64,000 nucleotides of DNA from Phoronis australis (GCA_002633005.1 NMRA01000711.1:124496-188495); one strand, 5' to 3'. Shown: positions 10,510 through 21,984, counted from the stretch's first letter. Numbers and translations: made by a program. The notes: generated by a model from the sequence alone, not told the origin.

Positions 10510-13047
10510 TTACTTCCTGTTTGCCGTGCTGTGTATCAGGAAACAGTATAGTTGGTTTAATTTTGTAACACTTTTAACCTCGTGGAAGTTAAAATCTTCG
10601 TAAAAACCGAACAAAGTCTCTTTGTTTTCAACAGACAGTAGCTGTCGACTAGTTCTGGACATGCGATTTTTCTCACTGTTGCTAATGGCCAACGTCCCAG
10701 CTTGAAGCTTTTGCTGCTGAGGCTTGGTGTCTTGGGAGCTTGATACAAGTTTATTCTGTACAACGGGTCTTAACTGCTGACTTGCTGAAGAAGGTAGTGC
10801 TTGCTCTTTTCCCTGGGACACATTTTGCCTGGACGCCATAGACGGCTTGATTACTTCCTTTCCCTGTTGGTCATCAGAGGCACCTTGCTTTGTCTTTGTC
10901 GCCTGGCCCAGAGAGGCACCTTGCTTTGTCACTTGGTCATAAGAAAGACCTCGCTTTACTGCTTGGTCCCGAGAGGCAAGCTCCTTTCTCTCTCCATCCT
11001 GGTAGACAGGTTGCTTTACACCCAGACTTTTAGAAGCACCTTGCGGTACTCCCCGACTCTGAGAGGCACTTTGCGGTACACCCTGACCCTGAGAGGCACC
11101 TTGGAGTACTTTCCGACCCTGATTAATATCTTGCTTTACTGCCCTGTCCTCAGAAACAACTTGCTTTTTCCCTACATTCTGGTAGATAATTTGCTGGCGT
11201 GACTGAGATGGTGGGAGTTGTTTCCCCTGTGCACCAGCCACACCTTGCTGTTTGTACTGAGTGTTGTCTTGGTTTTGACCAATCACTCCATTCTGCCCCT
11301 TGCCCATCTCCCTTTGCCGAGACATCTGCTGACGTGAGCCAGTATTTGACACAGGATGTTGCTGCTCTGGGTTGTTTTGGTTTTGTCCTTTTCTTCTGTT
11401 TTGTGATGCCAGCGGGGCCGGTGTAGTTGGCAGTTGGGTAGGCTCACGTTTGTCTACCAGCTTCACTCCAGCGGAGTTCTTATGGTACTGGCACGCAACA
11501 GCAATGTAGAAGTTACTTCTCATCTTGGAGACATCAGAGAACCGAGTTCGAATGTTGACAGTGAGCTCGGCTTGCCTCTGAGGCAGGTAGAGCACACTGA
11601 ATGGCTGGAATGACTTGGCACTATTGGGATCCTTTAATGTGGAGCTGTTGCAGGCGCCATCTGTGGGTAAATTCACCTCAGGTAATGCAGCAGCAGCCTT
11701 CTTGTCAATCCATATCTTCTCTTTTGGAACTTCAGGGAGCTCCCAATATCTGAAGAGTGTTCCAGAGTTCATGAACAGATAGCCAGACACGCGGTAGTTC
11801 ATTAGAACTGCCGTTGTCAAGCATTTGAAGTCCTGTAATGGACCACTGTCATTGGGAATAGTAACAACAGTGCGGTTGAGCTTAGACACAGCCTCAAATG
11901 ACTTCTCTTCAACGCAATAAAGCATTTGGTAAAAATCTCGCCGGTAGAAGGTGTCAAGAGCCTCCAAGTGGCCAGTGTGTGTATTATGCACTCTGACAAT
12001 AAGCAACACGTCTTCCATGGACACCTTCGACGCAGAATAAAGTGATGTGTACATATCTGACAAGGCGATTGTACCGATGGCCACTGACAATGTTGGGCAT
12101 AATTCAGTTAACATCAGTGCCTCAAGGGCCACGTGAGAGGTTGAAGGAATCAACTCGTTATGTGTTGTACTTGGAAATGACGTCTTTTGCTCACGGGGAT
12201 AATAGAGCACTCTAGTGTTCTCGCATTCTGTAGGAAAGGTACTGTTGACCAGCACCCGTTTGGGAAACTTGTAACCAATTCGGACAAGGTCGCTGACCCA
12301 AGCCATGATGAAACGGACATCAGCCTCGCCCCAAAACTTACTCTCGTGAGTGGCCATGTCACGGGCTAATTTAACAACACAGTCGCGAAATGCCAACGAT
12401 GGGTCACATGTCCAGGTTTTGAGAAACTTAACCAGTGCTTCCGTCTTGAAGTAGAGGTCGGGCTCCTCGGACATATCTTTCAAGTAGCTGTGAGCGCTTC
12501 TCAGCTGAAATGCACTGGGAGGACTATATGCCACACGCTCACCTATCAGCCCCAAGAGGCGTGTCGTGAAGTAACTACGCCATATGTCGGTCACACGGAA
12601 CGTCACAGTGTTTGGCAGAAGCAATCCCCAGAAGGCAGCGTAGCGCGAGAGAGTGTTCTGTGAGTTGTACGGGCAATAGACCTGATTGGGTAGTGTGACA
12701 GGAGGACTAGCATAGTCGAACGTCACGTTGATGATTCGACTCTCGATCTTCCGTGACAGTCGATATACTGCATCCATGTCCGGATCTCCATTGACAACGC
12801 CCTGCTGCACGGCAGGTGGCCTCATGGAACAGAGCTTGTAGTAGTGTGGGATGGGTTTGGAGATGTAGTCAAGTTGGAAACCGCGAGGCCACTGAGATGA
12901 CTGGCCAAAGTGTGGATACACATTGAAGTTGAGGATGTTTGTGTCAACGACAAGTCCAGTGTAAGTTGTCGCGTCGGGGTAGAAGCTCCTCATGTTGTCC
13001 GTTGGGTGATTGTCATCGTCTGTCTCATAGATGACTTTGGCACCTCG
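10510..13047 (-). CDS. STELLO-like (DUF288) probable glycosyltransferase, terminal coding exon 5
   Basis: Acceptor ttatttcag at 13048, phase 0. Begins RGAKVIYETDDDN (DxD) and contains HFG...WPRGF, QQGVVNGDPDMDAVYRL, PYNSQNT, AFWGLLLP, TFRVTDIWRSY, RSAHSYLKD and WVSDL..IGYKFP, all typical of STELLO/DUF288. 845 codons plus stop. Confidence 0.92.
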   Translation of the reverse strand, partial: RGAKVIYETDDDNHPTDNMRSFYPDATTYTGLVVDTNILNFNVYPHFGQSSQWPRGFQLDYISKPIPHYYKLCSMRPPAVQQGVVNGDPDMDAVYRLSRKIESRIINVTFDYASPPVTLPNQVYCPYNSQNTLSRYAAFWGLLLPNTVTFRVTDIWRSYFTTRLLGLIGERVAYSPPSAFQLRSAHSYLKDMSEEPDLYFKTEALVKFLKTWTCDPSLAFRDCVVKLARDMATHESKFWGEADVRFIMAWVSDLVRIGYKFPKRVLVNSTFPTECENTRVLYYPREQKTSFPSTTHNELIPSTSHVALEALMLTELCPTLSVAIGTIALSDMYTSLYSASKVSMEDVLLIVRVHNTHTGHLEALDTFYRRDFYQMLYCVEEKSFEAVSKLNRTVVTIPNDSGPLQDFKCLTTAVLMNYRVSGYLFMNSGTLFRYWELPEVPKEKIWIDKKAAAALPEVNLPTDGACNSSTLKDPNSAKSFQPFSVLYLPQRQAELTVNIRTRFSDVSKMRSNFYIAVACQYHKNSAGVKLVDKREPTQLPTTPAPLASQNRRKGQNQNNPEQQHPVSNTGSRQQMSRQREMGKGQNGVIGQNQDNTQYKQQGVAGAQGKQLPPSQSRQQIIYQNVGKKQVVSEDRAVKQDINQGRKVLQGASQGQGVPQSASQSRGVPQGASKSLGVKQPVYQDGERKELASRDQAVKRGLSYDQVTKQGASLGQATKTKQGASDDQQGKEVIKPSMASRQNVSQGKEQALPSSASQQLRPVVQNKLVSSSQDTKPQQQKLQAGTLAISNSEKNRMSRTSRQLLSVENKETLFGFYEDFNFHEVKSVTKLNQLYCFLIHSTANRK

Positions 13048-13171
13048 CTGAAATAATAGACCAGTTGTGATGACTAACTTCATCAATACACCAAGATTCT
13101 GCAGTCTATTCACACCTAAATCATGGTACTGTGGTGTTTATTTAGAAGATTGCTAATTGGCTACCTCCGTG

Positions 13172-14796
13172 AACAAGAATGATTTTCTTTTAAGAAATAA
13201 TTGCACAACTTTCGGGCTAAAAGGCCTTAAAGAAAAATCACATATCTTTTGCAGCTACAATTAAGAAACTGAATAAAATAAAATTGCCACTTGTGGGCAC
13301 AGCATCCGTTGAATCCGCCTAAAAGTCGTCGTCGTTTGTTGTTATCTTCATATATTAATACACTTACTAAATTTAACAAAGTTCCTGCAGTGGGTTTAGG
13401 AGATACAGCTATGGGTGCAAAACAAAACAGAACTACCACTAGGAAGCACCACAGTAGTCAGTCGCCATCATCAAATGTCCTCTTCACACTGAGAACATAT
13501 ATGCCAATTTTCGAAACTATCCCTAGAACGATTTGGTTTATAACAAAACAAGATTTGGAAACACCAAAGATGGCCACTAGGTGGCCCAAAATACCCCGAT
13601 TCCATCTAAAAACAGGAGGATAACGTCATCTCACCAATAGATGCCTATATTCAAAATTTTATGAAAATCTGTTGAGGACCTTTGAAGATACAGAGGTAAA
13701 CGTAAAAAAATAAAATTGCCACTAGGAGGCACACCAGCAGTCAGATCCATCCGAAAGTCGTCCTTGTCCAATGTCAACATCATATAAATACACTTGCTAA
13801 AGTAAGTAAAGCTCCTGCAAACGGTTTAGGAGATACAACCATGAGCGCAAAAAAACAAAACTGCCACTAGGAGGCGCCACAGTAGTCAAAGTCGTCGGGA
13901 AATCATCATCAGCCGTATACTTCATAGTAAAAACATACATGTCAATTTTCAATTATCTTGAAAGCATTTTGGTTGATAGATGAGTGGATGCCAAATAACA
14001 GACTCGAAAACAGTAAGAATGGCCACTAGGTGGCGCAAACTAGTTCGAATCCATCTGAAAACGGAGAGGTAGCGTCATCTCATTAACAGATGCCTGTATG
14101 CCAAATTTTATGAAAATACGCGGAGGACCATTGAACCTACAGAGGTAAATGTAAAGAAATAAAATTGCCACTAGGTGGCACACCAGTAGTCAGATCTGTC
14201 CGAAAGTTGTCGTCCTCTGTTGTTAACATCATATAAATAAATTTAGTAAAGATCCTGCAAACGGTTTAGGTGATACAGCCATAGGCGCAAAAAAACAGAA
14301 CTGCCACTAGGAAGCACCACAGTAGTCGGAAGTTGTCGGAAAATCATTGCTAGCCGTCCTCTTCATAGTAAGAACATGCATGCCAATTTTCATAATCATC
14401 CTTTCACCGGTTTGGTTGATAGAGGGGTGGACGCAAAATAAAATCGAAAAGCAGCCAAAATGATCACTAGGTGGCGCAAACTATGTCGAATTCCACCCAA
14501 AACAGGAGGATAGCGTCATCTCACCAATAGGTGCCTACATTCAAAATTTTATGAAAATCTGTTGAGGACTTTTGAAAATACAGAGGTAAACGTAAAAAAC
14601 TAAAATTGCCACGAGGGGCACACCGGAATGAATCCGTCTAAAAGTTCGCTCATGCCGTCCCATCCACAAAAGGAAAACGTGCAAAACTTCATGAACATAC
14701 GTCAAGGCATTTTGGAGATAGAGCAGCGTATGCCGGACGCACGGACGGAGATGACGGCATAATGCGACCACATATAAATATGTGGGCGCATAAAAA
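13172..14796 (-). mobile_element. DINE-1/HINE (non-autonomous Helentron)-like element with internal tandem repeats
   Basis: The minus strand starts TTTTTATGCGCCCACATATTTATATGTGGTCGC (hairpin), followed by a GTCC-type microsatellite and about 3.3 copies of a ~445-bp trimer of ~150-bp subunits. It ends with a short hairpin and CTTGTT, the DINE-1 architecture. Confidence 0.72.
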
Positions 14797-15962
14797 TCAC
14801 AAGATGATTACGAGGATTGCTTTCAAGGATATAAAAAGATTCTTCATGGACGGCTTCATGGGAGTCCTATTAATACGTAAAAATTCAGGGTACATTCATT
14901 ACTGGCAGCTAACAATGACCTGTTTGACGATAGAGTTGCAGTACCTCTTAGAATTGCACACCCAAGAAAATGAAACATTTCACCACTGACTATATAGTAC
15001 ATGGACCGCCAACTGTGTATACTTTCAATGGACGAAATCTGTGTTCTTCCGCATAATGTTACGTCATTATTCACTAGCAACACCTGGCCCAATTATCTGA
15101 TGTTATTTCCGGCAAATACGTCGTCTGCTAATTTTGGTCGGCTGTTGCGTGGTAGGATCGGAAAATGAACTAGATAATTGAGGAGAGTGGTGCCGCCTCT
15201 TGGATAGCATGGAAGAAAATGTTGTTGAATCTGTTGTCTATAATCTATGATTTCAATACTAAATGTATGATGCTCTCATGATAAACAATGCGACGCTTAT
15301 TACAAGAGGATAGCGCTTGATGGGCAATGATCATGTGCTTGCGATACTAGCACTTGGTAATGATTATTTCATGATTTGAGTGCACTAATTTCTCATTTGT
15401 TAAAAAGTGGATTATTTGTTTCTTCCAGCTCAGAGAAGCAGTGACAGATCCACATAGGATTGCGGGTGTTTACCAACAAGAAATTAAACATAAAGAACAT
15501 TGTAAACAAAGTTAATTGTCTTTTCGGCAATAGTCACTTACAGCGGTGCCACATTTTGAGAACCAGTTTTCTCCAATGAATAATAGGCAACAAACTGGTT
15601 CTCAAAATCCATGACCCTGTAAGTGACTACTGCTAATTTATGTGTGAGTTTGTCAAGTAACTATTTGGAATGTAAAAACTTCCGCAGTTCATGGATTAAG
15701 TACTCAAGAACTTCACAGCAAGCATACAAAACTTCAAATCTCAATGTTATGCCAACTTTGAAAATCCTAGTTTTGGATGTTTTGGGACAAAACCCTTTGT
15801 TTAAGTGATGCATAATTCCAACAAGACATGGGCAAGAACACATTCTCAAATTGTATGCTTGGTTTGTACTGTCCGTAGTATCCAACAAGGGTCTCCTAGA
15901 ATGTCCATTATACAGTGTCCTAAACTTAAATTTAAAGTTTTTACCCAAAATTAATATCTTAC

Positions 15963-16086
15963 CTGAATTGCAAAGAGATATCCCAGGTTTTTACGTCCAT
16001 ATACTTTAAATGGGATATGATCTTTCACGGAGAAGGCGGACTCCTTTTGCTTAGCGACGCTCAAGAAGAACGCATTTTTATCATGC
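15963..16086 (-). CDS. STELLO-like glycosyltransferase exon 4
   Basis: tttatttgcag acceptor (phase 2) and gtaaga donor (phase 0). Encodes HDKNAFFLSVAKQKESAFSVKDHIPFKVYGRKNLGYLFAIQ; RKNLGYLFAIQ is the conserved STELLO motif that continues into RGAKVIY. Confidence 0.9.
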
Positions 16087-17033
16087 CTGCAAATAAATTC
16101 TATGTCAAACGTATCATAAAAGCAGCATCGAGTTTCCAAGCACTTTCAAAAGAACAGAGCACAACAAGAGTATTTGGCAACAGAAGATTGTCATCACTGT
16201 TCCATGTGACTGCAACGCCTTCTCATATTTACACTATGTTTGTTATCCTTCTCAATCACTGCTGGTCACAATGAACAGCTGAGACATGGCAATATCAATG
16301 CATGCTCAGTCATCGTGACACAAAGTCATTTTACCCAATTGCTTTTTGGCACATATAGTAGAAATTATCAGCAAATCCTACACATAATTCACTACGGTGA
16401 GGCCCGGATGTTGGCTCCTCATCTGTTGGACAAGAAAACTCCGAAGTGACCGCTAGAAGCCAGTTTTACTGACTGTCAAACATTGCTACTCACTTCTAGG
16501 TTCTAAAACATGTGAACACAAGGCAGTCTGTACAGGATGAGAAGCTTTTCAGACAGAATCTTCGAAAGTACGATATTAACAATAAAAATCCCTTCGACAG
16601 GCAGCCATGGCCAATTTAGCATCTTACCAGGATACACTTTGAAAAGCATTCATAAAATAGGGTGTTGTTATTGGTACTAAACTGGACAAGAAAATGACAA
16701 ATTACGTAACAGTTTGGTCCATGGTGGGACAACGTATTTCAGGGTTATGCCTCATAGAACAAGTTTCTCGAGAAAAAAGAAAGACCATGCCAAGCCCACA
16801 AGAAAATGTTTTGCGAGTAAATGTAAGACTGCGCTGGCTACAAAGGACTGCAGGAGACTTTTTCGCTACTCCTGCAGCCATCTAAATCCACCTGACTTCG
16901 ACTATACAGTAAAACTAACAGAAGTTATACCTACGGCAGATTACATCAGCTTATGGTAAACTCTGACTTGTCTGAACTTACTGCGCACAAACTGAAGCAA
17001 TTGTGTTGTGAAACTCTGTCCAAGCTAAGCAAA

Positions 17034-17134
17034 AACATGACTTGGGCATGTTCTACTTATCTGAGTGAACATGACTTGGGAATGTCCAACTTATCTGAGT
17101 GAACATGACTTGGGCATGCCCTACTTATCTGAGT
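17034..17134. repeat. 34-bp tandem repeat x3
   Basis: aacatgacttgggcatg..ctacttatctgagtg repeated three times, about 50 nt into the intron after exon 3. Confidence 0.85.
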
Positions 17135-17183
17135 GCTAGTAATTAGCTTTTGACTGCATACAACTGGATCTATGACTACCTAC

Positions 17184-17373
17184 TTATACAACGTGTCATA
17201 ATCTTCTGGAGTCTTTGTGTCAGCAACGACGACAATGTTCCAACCCTTAATGGCTGCCAAACTGCGCACATCATCTGTGGGTTTGTTTATGGTCGTCACG
17301 ACAATCCACTTATCATTGAACTCGTTGCGAGGTGGTTCATTTATGGGCTGTTGAGGCAACTGAGCTTGGAAGT
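17184..17373 (-). CDS. STELLO-like glycosyltransferase exon 3
   Basis: ctcttgcag acceptor (phase 1) and gtaggt donor (phase 2). Encodes FQAQLPQQPINEPPRNEFNDKWIVVTTINKPTDDVRSLAAIKGWNIVVVADTKTPEDY; KWIVVT...W.VVVADTKTP is the STELLO N-terminal motif. The exact 5' boundary is less certain because alternative AGs exist. Confidence 0.85.
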
Positions 17374-17530
17374 CTGCAAGAGCTACAAAAGAGGTCACTA
17401 CTAGAACTTGCAAGTCTTCAAGAGCTACAACAGCGGTCACTACTAGTGGATGGAAGTTTTCAAAAGGTACAACAACAGAGGTCACTACAAGTAGTTGGAG
17501 TGCTTCAAACGCTAAAACAGAGGTCACCAC
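17365..17530. repeat. About 42-bp degenerate tandem repeat x4 overlapping the exon 3 acceptor
   Basis: Minus-strand unit tagtagtgacctctgttgtagctcttgaagacttccaag; translates as VVTSVVALEDLQ-like repeats. Confidence 0.75.
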
Positions 17531-18849
17531 TTGTCCTTTTCAGTCTTCAACTTCTAGTAACAGAGAGTCATCAAGACTATCAACAACAGGGTTCGCCATC
17601 AGTGCATGATAGTTTTTAGTCTCAAATCCAGTCTCTATTAGCATTATAGTCTGGCATACATCTGCGACAGCTAGTTCCGTACAGGACGGTCAAGGATAAG
17701 GTAATCCTGTGCAGTTAAATCAGCTGAACATAAATGCAGCCATGCATGGCATAACTTTTGTCAATATTCAGATGGTAAACACGGGTTGTGGTCACCATGC
17801 ACTCTGCTCACAATGTCAAGTGAGCATTACACGTCATATTCAAAATACATGTATAAAATTAGTAACAAACTTCAGCTAAATCGCTACTAGTATTCACCCT
17901 CTTTCCCAACTGCGAAAAAAAACATAAGTTAAAACTCCACGACAACTCGCCAAATGAAAACATTTTTCTTGACATTTTTACACAGGGTTAGACTACCATC
18001 AAGAATCACAAAAGACATCTGAATTGAAAATTTGAGCACACAGTGATCTAATTCTTCACAGGTATCACCAATCAAGCTGAAAATATTACACTGTTCTAGG
18101 AAATCATTAACAAATTGACTCCAAAATCAACATAAACCAAACTATGATATGGCCACAGAACACAACAAGCGACAGCTCTGCCTCTCCATGATACCGAAGT
18201 AAAATTGAGATTGTTCAGGGCATTTCCATCCATGCAGAATACCCAGTTTGCTATTCAATAACCTGACTGATAGCTTCACGGGGATTACATTTAACCAGGT
18301 TACCAACAGCCAATCAATATGTGACTCACCCCATCCACATCAGTAATAATATCAGACAATTTAGTGTTGTTCTCATGCGAAAATTGTTGGAAATAATCCC
18401 GCATATTGATCAGCAATTTTTTACCAGGAAAAATGTTTGCTTTTACACGAATTTTACACCAAATTTTGACATATTAATACTTGGCAAAATTATTCACAAT
18501 CAACATGACTTGTCAATTCAATTAAAATTATGACCTTTATCTGTATCATAAAAACACTGGTACTGGCGCATGCATGACTGTGTAGTGTCAGTGTCTGCCA
18601 ATAGGGTCGTCCCAGATTACGCAGCAATAGAACTCTTTTGTTATGGAGGCAAGACAACGAATGGCCTCATTTTGGAATGTCTGGCACATTTTCACACGTC
18701 ATGTCTGAAACTGTCATGGTGAGACTGACATGCTACTGGAAAACCCGCTTTCATTTTTCAATTTGTGGTTACAGTATGTGAACACTCTCTACAGTTGTTA
18801 TAAGGGTTGTTATGTCCCATTAACTGTTCCTCTCTCACAAACCACTTAC

Positions 18850-18913
18850 ATTCCTTCTGTTTGTCACCACCAAGTCCAATGTTGTTCCAAACTCTCTGAA
18901 TGAAGTTTTGGCC
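18850..18913 (-). CDS. STELLO-like glycosyltransferase exon 2 (stem region, 64 nt)
   Basis: Strong acceptor ctgtctcttgtttcag (phase 0) and gtaagt donor (phase 1). Encodes GQNFIQRVWNNIGLGGDKQKE and bridges the phases of exon 1 and exon 3 exactly. Confidence 0.72.
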
Positions 18914-18927
18914 CTGAAACAAGAGAC

Positions 18928-19497
18928 AGTAGTACTGAGCAAACAGTGCACCAGTTAACTGGACCCAGGCCGTACTGAGCAAACAGTGAGTCAGTTAGCT
19001 GGACCCAGGCTCTACTGAGCATACAGTGAGTCAGCTGGACCCTGTCCATACTCAGCAAACAGTGTAAGTTAGCTGGACCAAGGCTGTACTGAGCTAACAG
19101 AGTGACAGTTAGCTGGACCAAGCTGTGCTGAGCTAACAGAGTGACAGTTAGTTGAAGTCTGGCCGTACTGAGCATACAATGAGTCGGTTAGCTGGACCAA
19201 GCTGTACTGAGCTAACAGAGTGACAGTTAGCTGGACCAAGGTTGAACTAAGCAAACAGCGGGTCAGTTCGCTGGACCCAGGCTGAACTAAGTAAACAGTG
19301 AGTCAGTTAGCTGGACCCAGGCTGAACTAAGTAAACAGTGAGTCAGTTAGCTGGACCCAGGCTGAACTAAGCAAACAGTGAGTCAGTTAGCTGGACCCAG
19401 GCTGAACTAAGTAAACAGTGAGTCAGTTAGCTGGACCCAGGCTGAACTAAGCAAACAGTGGGTCAGTTAGCTAGACTCACGCTGTACTGAGCATACA
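18928..19497. repeat. 40-bp minisatellite, about 14 copies
   Basis: Unit cagtgagtcagttagctggacccaggctgaactaagtaaa; homogeneous at 19261-19460 and more diverged towards the exon. Confidence 0.92.
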
Positions 19498-20080
19498 ATA
19501 CAGTATGTCAGGTAGGTAGATCCAGTCCATTTGAGATATACCCATCAAGCTGCTGACAGGAATTTGATAGCATACTAAAAGAAAGTTAGAACGAAACTTG
19601 CTTAACTTTATATCAATCAAGTGATATTTAATATTTAAAAAAATCTTACCAGAATAAACTAGCAACAACATGAATCATCAACAGTTACTAAATCCAAACC
19701 AATGAGTGATGCAGACTCATGTCTTAAACAAACTAAAATACAAGAGCAACGCAGAGCGTTGAAATGCGCCCACAATTGCACCGTATACGGGTTGTTTGTT
19801 GGTACCATAAAGTGGCCAGTAGAGGGCATATATGTAGTATGCTGTACTTTGCAAAATGGAAAGGGATGGTCATTGTCTCTTCAATAGGCTAGGGGCAAAA
19901 TGTGAGTGATCTTCATAATACAAGCACATCCTATACATCAGTTGCTTAAAACACCACAGAAACATAGAATTAAAAACAAATTTACCAACATACGAGATTA
20001 GCACAGCATTAGAATGCCAGAAACAAATTTCTACTTGGAACTTTTCCTTCATAGTCACGAAGAAACACAATGTATACACC

Positions 20081-21232
20081 TGAAGACCTATGAAAATACA
20101 GAGGTAAATGTAAAATACTTAAATTGCCACTAGAGGCATACCGGTAGTCAGAATCATCCTAAAGTCGTCATCGTCCGTAGTCAACATCACATAAAAACAC
20201 TTGCTAAATTTAGTAAAGATCCTGCAAACGGTTTGGGAGATACAGCCATGGGCGCAAAAAAAAACTGCCACTAGGAGGCGCCACAGTAATCAAAGTCATG
20301 GGAAATTCAGCGTCAATTGTCCTCTTCATAGTAAGAACATACATGCCAATTTTCACAATCATACTTATAGCGGTTTGGTTGATAGAGGGGTGGACGCCAA
20401 AAAACAGACTCAAAAACAGTAAAAATGGCCACTGGGTGTCGCAAACTAGGTCGAATCCATCCGAAAACGGGAGGATAGCTTCATCGCACTAATAGGTGTC
20501 TACATACCAAATTTCATGAAAATCCGTTAAGGACTTGTGAAGATACAGAGGTAAACGTAAAAAAATAAAATTGCCACTAGGGGGCACACTGGTAGGTGGA
20601 TCCGTCCAAAAGTCGTCATCTTCCGTTTTTAACATCATATAAATACACTTACACAATTTTGTAACGATCCTGAGAACGGTTTAGGAGATACAGCCATAGG
20701 CGCAAATTAAACAAAACTGCCACTAGGAGGCGCCACAGTAGTCCAACTCGTCAGAAAATCATCGTCAATCGTATTCTACATAGTAAGCGTATACATGCCA
20801 ATTTTCACAATCATCCTTTGAGCAGTTTGGCTGATAGAGGGGTGGACGCACAAAAACAGACTCAAAAACACTAAAAATGGCCACTAGGTGGCGCAAACTA
20901 TGTCGAATCCATCCGAAAACGGAAGGATAGTGTCATCTCACTAATAGGTGCCTACATACCAAATTTCATGAAAATCCGTTCAGGACTTTTGAAGATACAA
21001 AGGTAAGCGTAAAAAAATAAAATTGCCACTAGGGGGCACGCCTGCAGTCGGATCCGTCCGAAAGTTCGCACATGCCGTCCCATTCATGAATGGAACATAT
21101 GTGCCAAATTTCATGAACGTATGTCAAAGGGTTTTGGAGATAGAGCAGCGGACGCAGGACGCCGCCCGGACGTACGGACGGATGGAGATGACGGCATAAT
21201 GCGTCCACATATAAATATGTGGGCGCATAAAA
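20081..21232 (-). mobile_element. Second, truncated copy of the DINE-1/HINE-like element
   Basis: Same gcgtccacatataaatatgtgggcgcataaaa hairpin end, ggac microsatellite and about 2.3 trimers of the gccactagg subunits as 13172-14796. Confidence 0.75.
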
Positions 21233-21430
21233 GCTCATTAAATCAAATTGTTCAATCTACATCAACAATAAATGGCTATAGGCAAACCCCAGGCAGACAA
21301 CAGGGATAACTTTAGGAGCATGGCCCGCATCATTGGCGCAAAAATAATTTCATTGGCACACTGCGACTGTTTAACTCGGGCTAATAGGCCCATTAAAATG
21401 GAAGAGAAAACGGGCAAAAATTAACATGGC

Positions 21431-21519
21431 CCATAGGTCCTGCTAATTGGTCCATAGGTCCTGCTAATTGGTCCATAGGTCCTGCTAATTGGTCCATAGG
21501 TCCTGCTAATTGGTCCATA
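21431..21519. repeat. 21-bp tandem repeat, about 4.3 copies
   Basis: ccataggtcctgctaattggt repeated. Confidence 0.9.
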
Positions 21520-21984
21520 GACTTGAAGCTGTGTGGGTCAAATCAGCCACACACACGTTTCTAAAATGATCAGAGACAATGAAATGTGCGATTTTGGGAC
21601 TTTTGTGCTAGAAAATATATTTTAATTACTGCAGAAACCCCTATTTTTAGATACTTCAAAGCTCTAGGTGGTTTGAAGCCCTCAAAAATGTAATACAAAG
21701 TTTCAGTAAAATGACAACAGTTGTTGTATTTGAGACTTTTATTAGAAATGTATAAAACACTAAGTGTTGAAAGCACCAATAAACAGGTGTTTTCGTTTGC
21801 ACATTTCTATACATCAACGCAGGTGAACTTTAAGGAGACTGAAGGAGTGATCAGAGGCTCTGTGTTATTAAGGGCTAGGGGGCACACAACTGAGATATAA
21901 TGGGTTCAACTCATCATGGTGTGCTATTGATTTCCAGACCCTGCGTGCAATTTTTCCTCAGTATTACAGCCCTTTGTTAACACT

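Noticed and set aside
10801-11426. Plus-strand ORFs opposite the glycosyltransferase (also 5613-5984 and 28487-28765)
   Set aside because: These are antisense shadows of real coding exons, with no independent motifs or splice support.
13048-13113. First 22 residues of the 867-aa ORF as the true N-terminus
   Set aside because: A good acceptor at 13048 and the upstream exon ending GYLFAIQ show this part is intron; the ORF also starts at a non-ATG codon.
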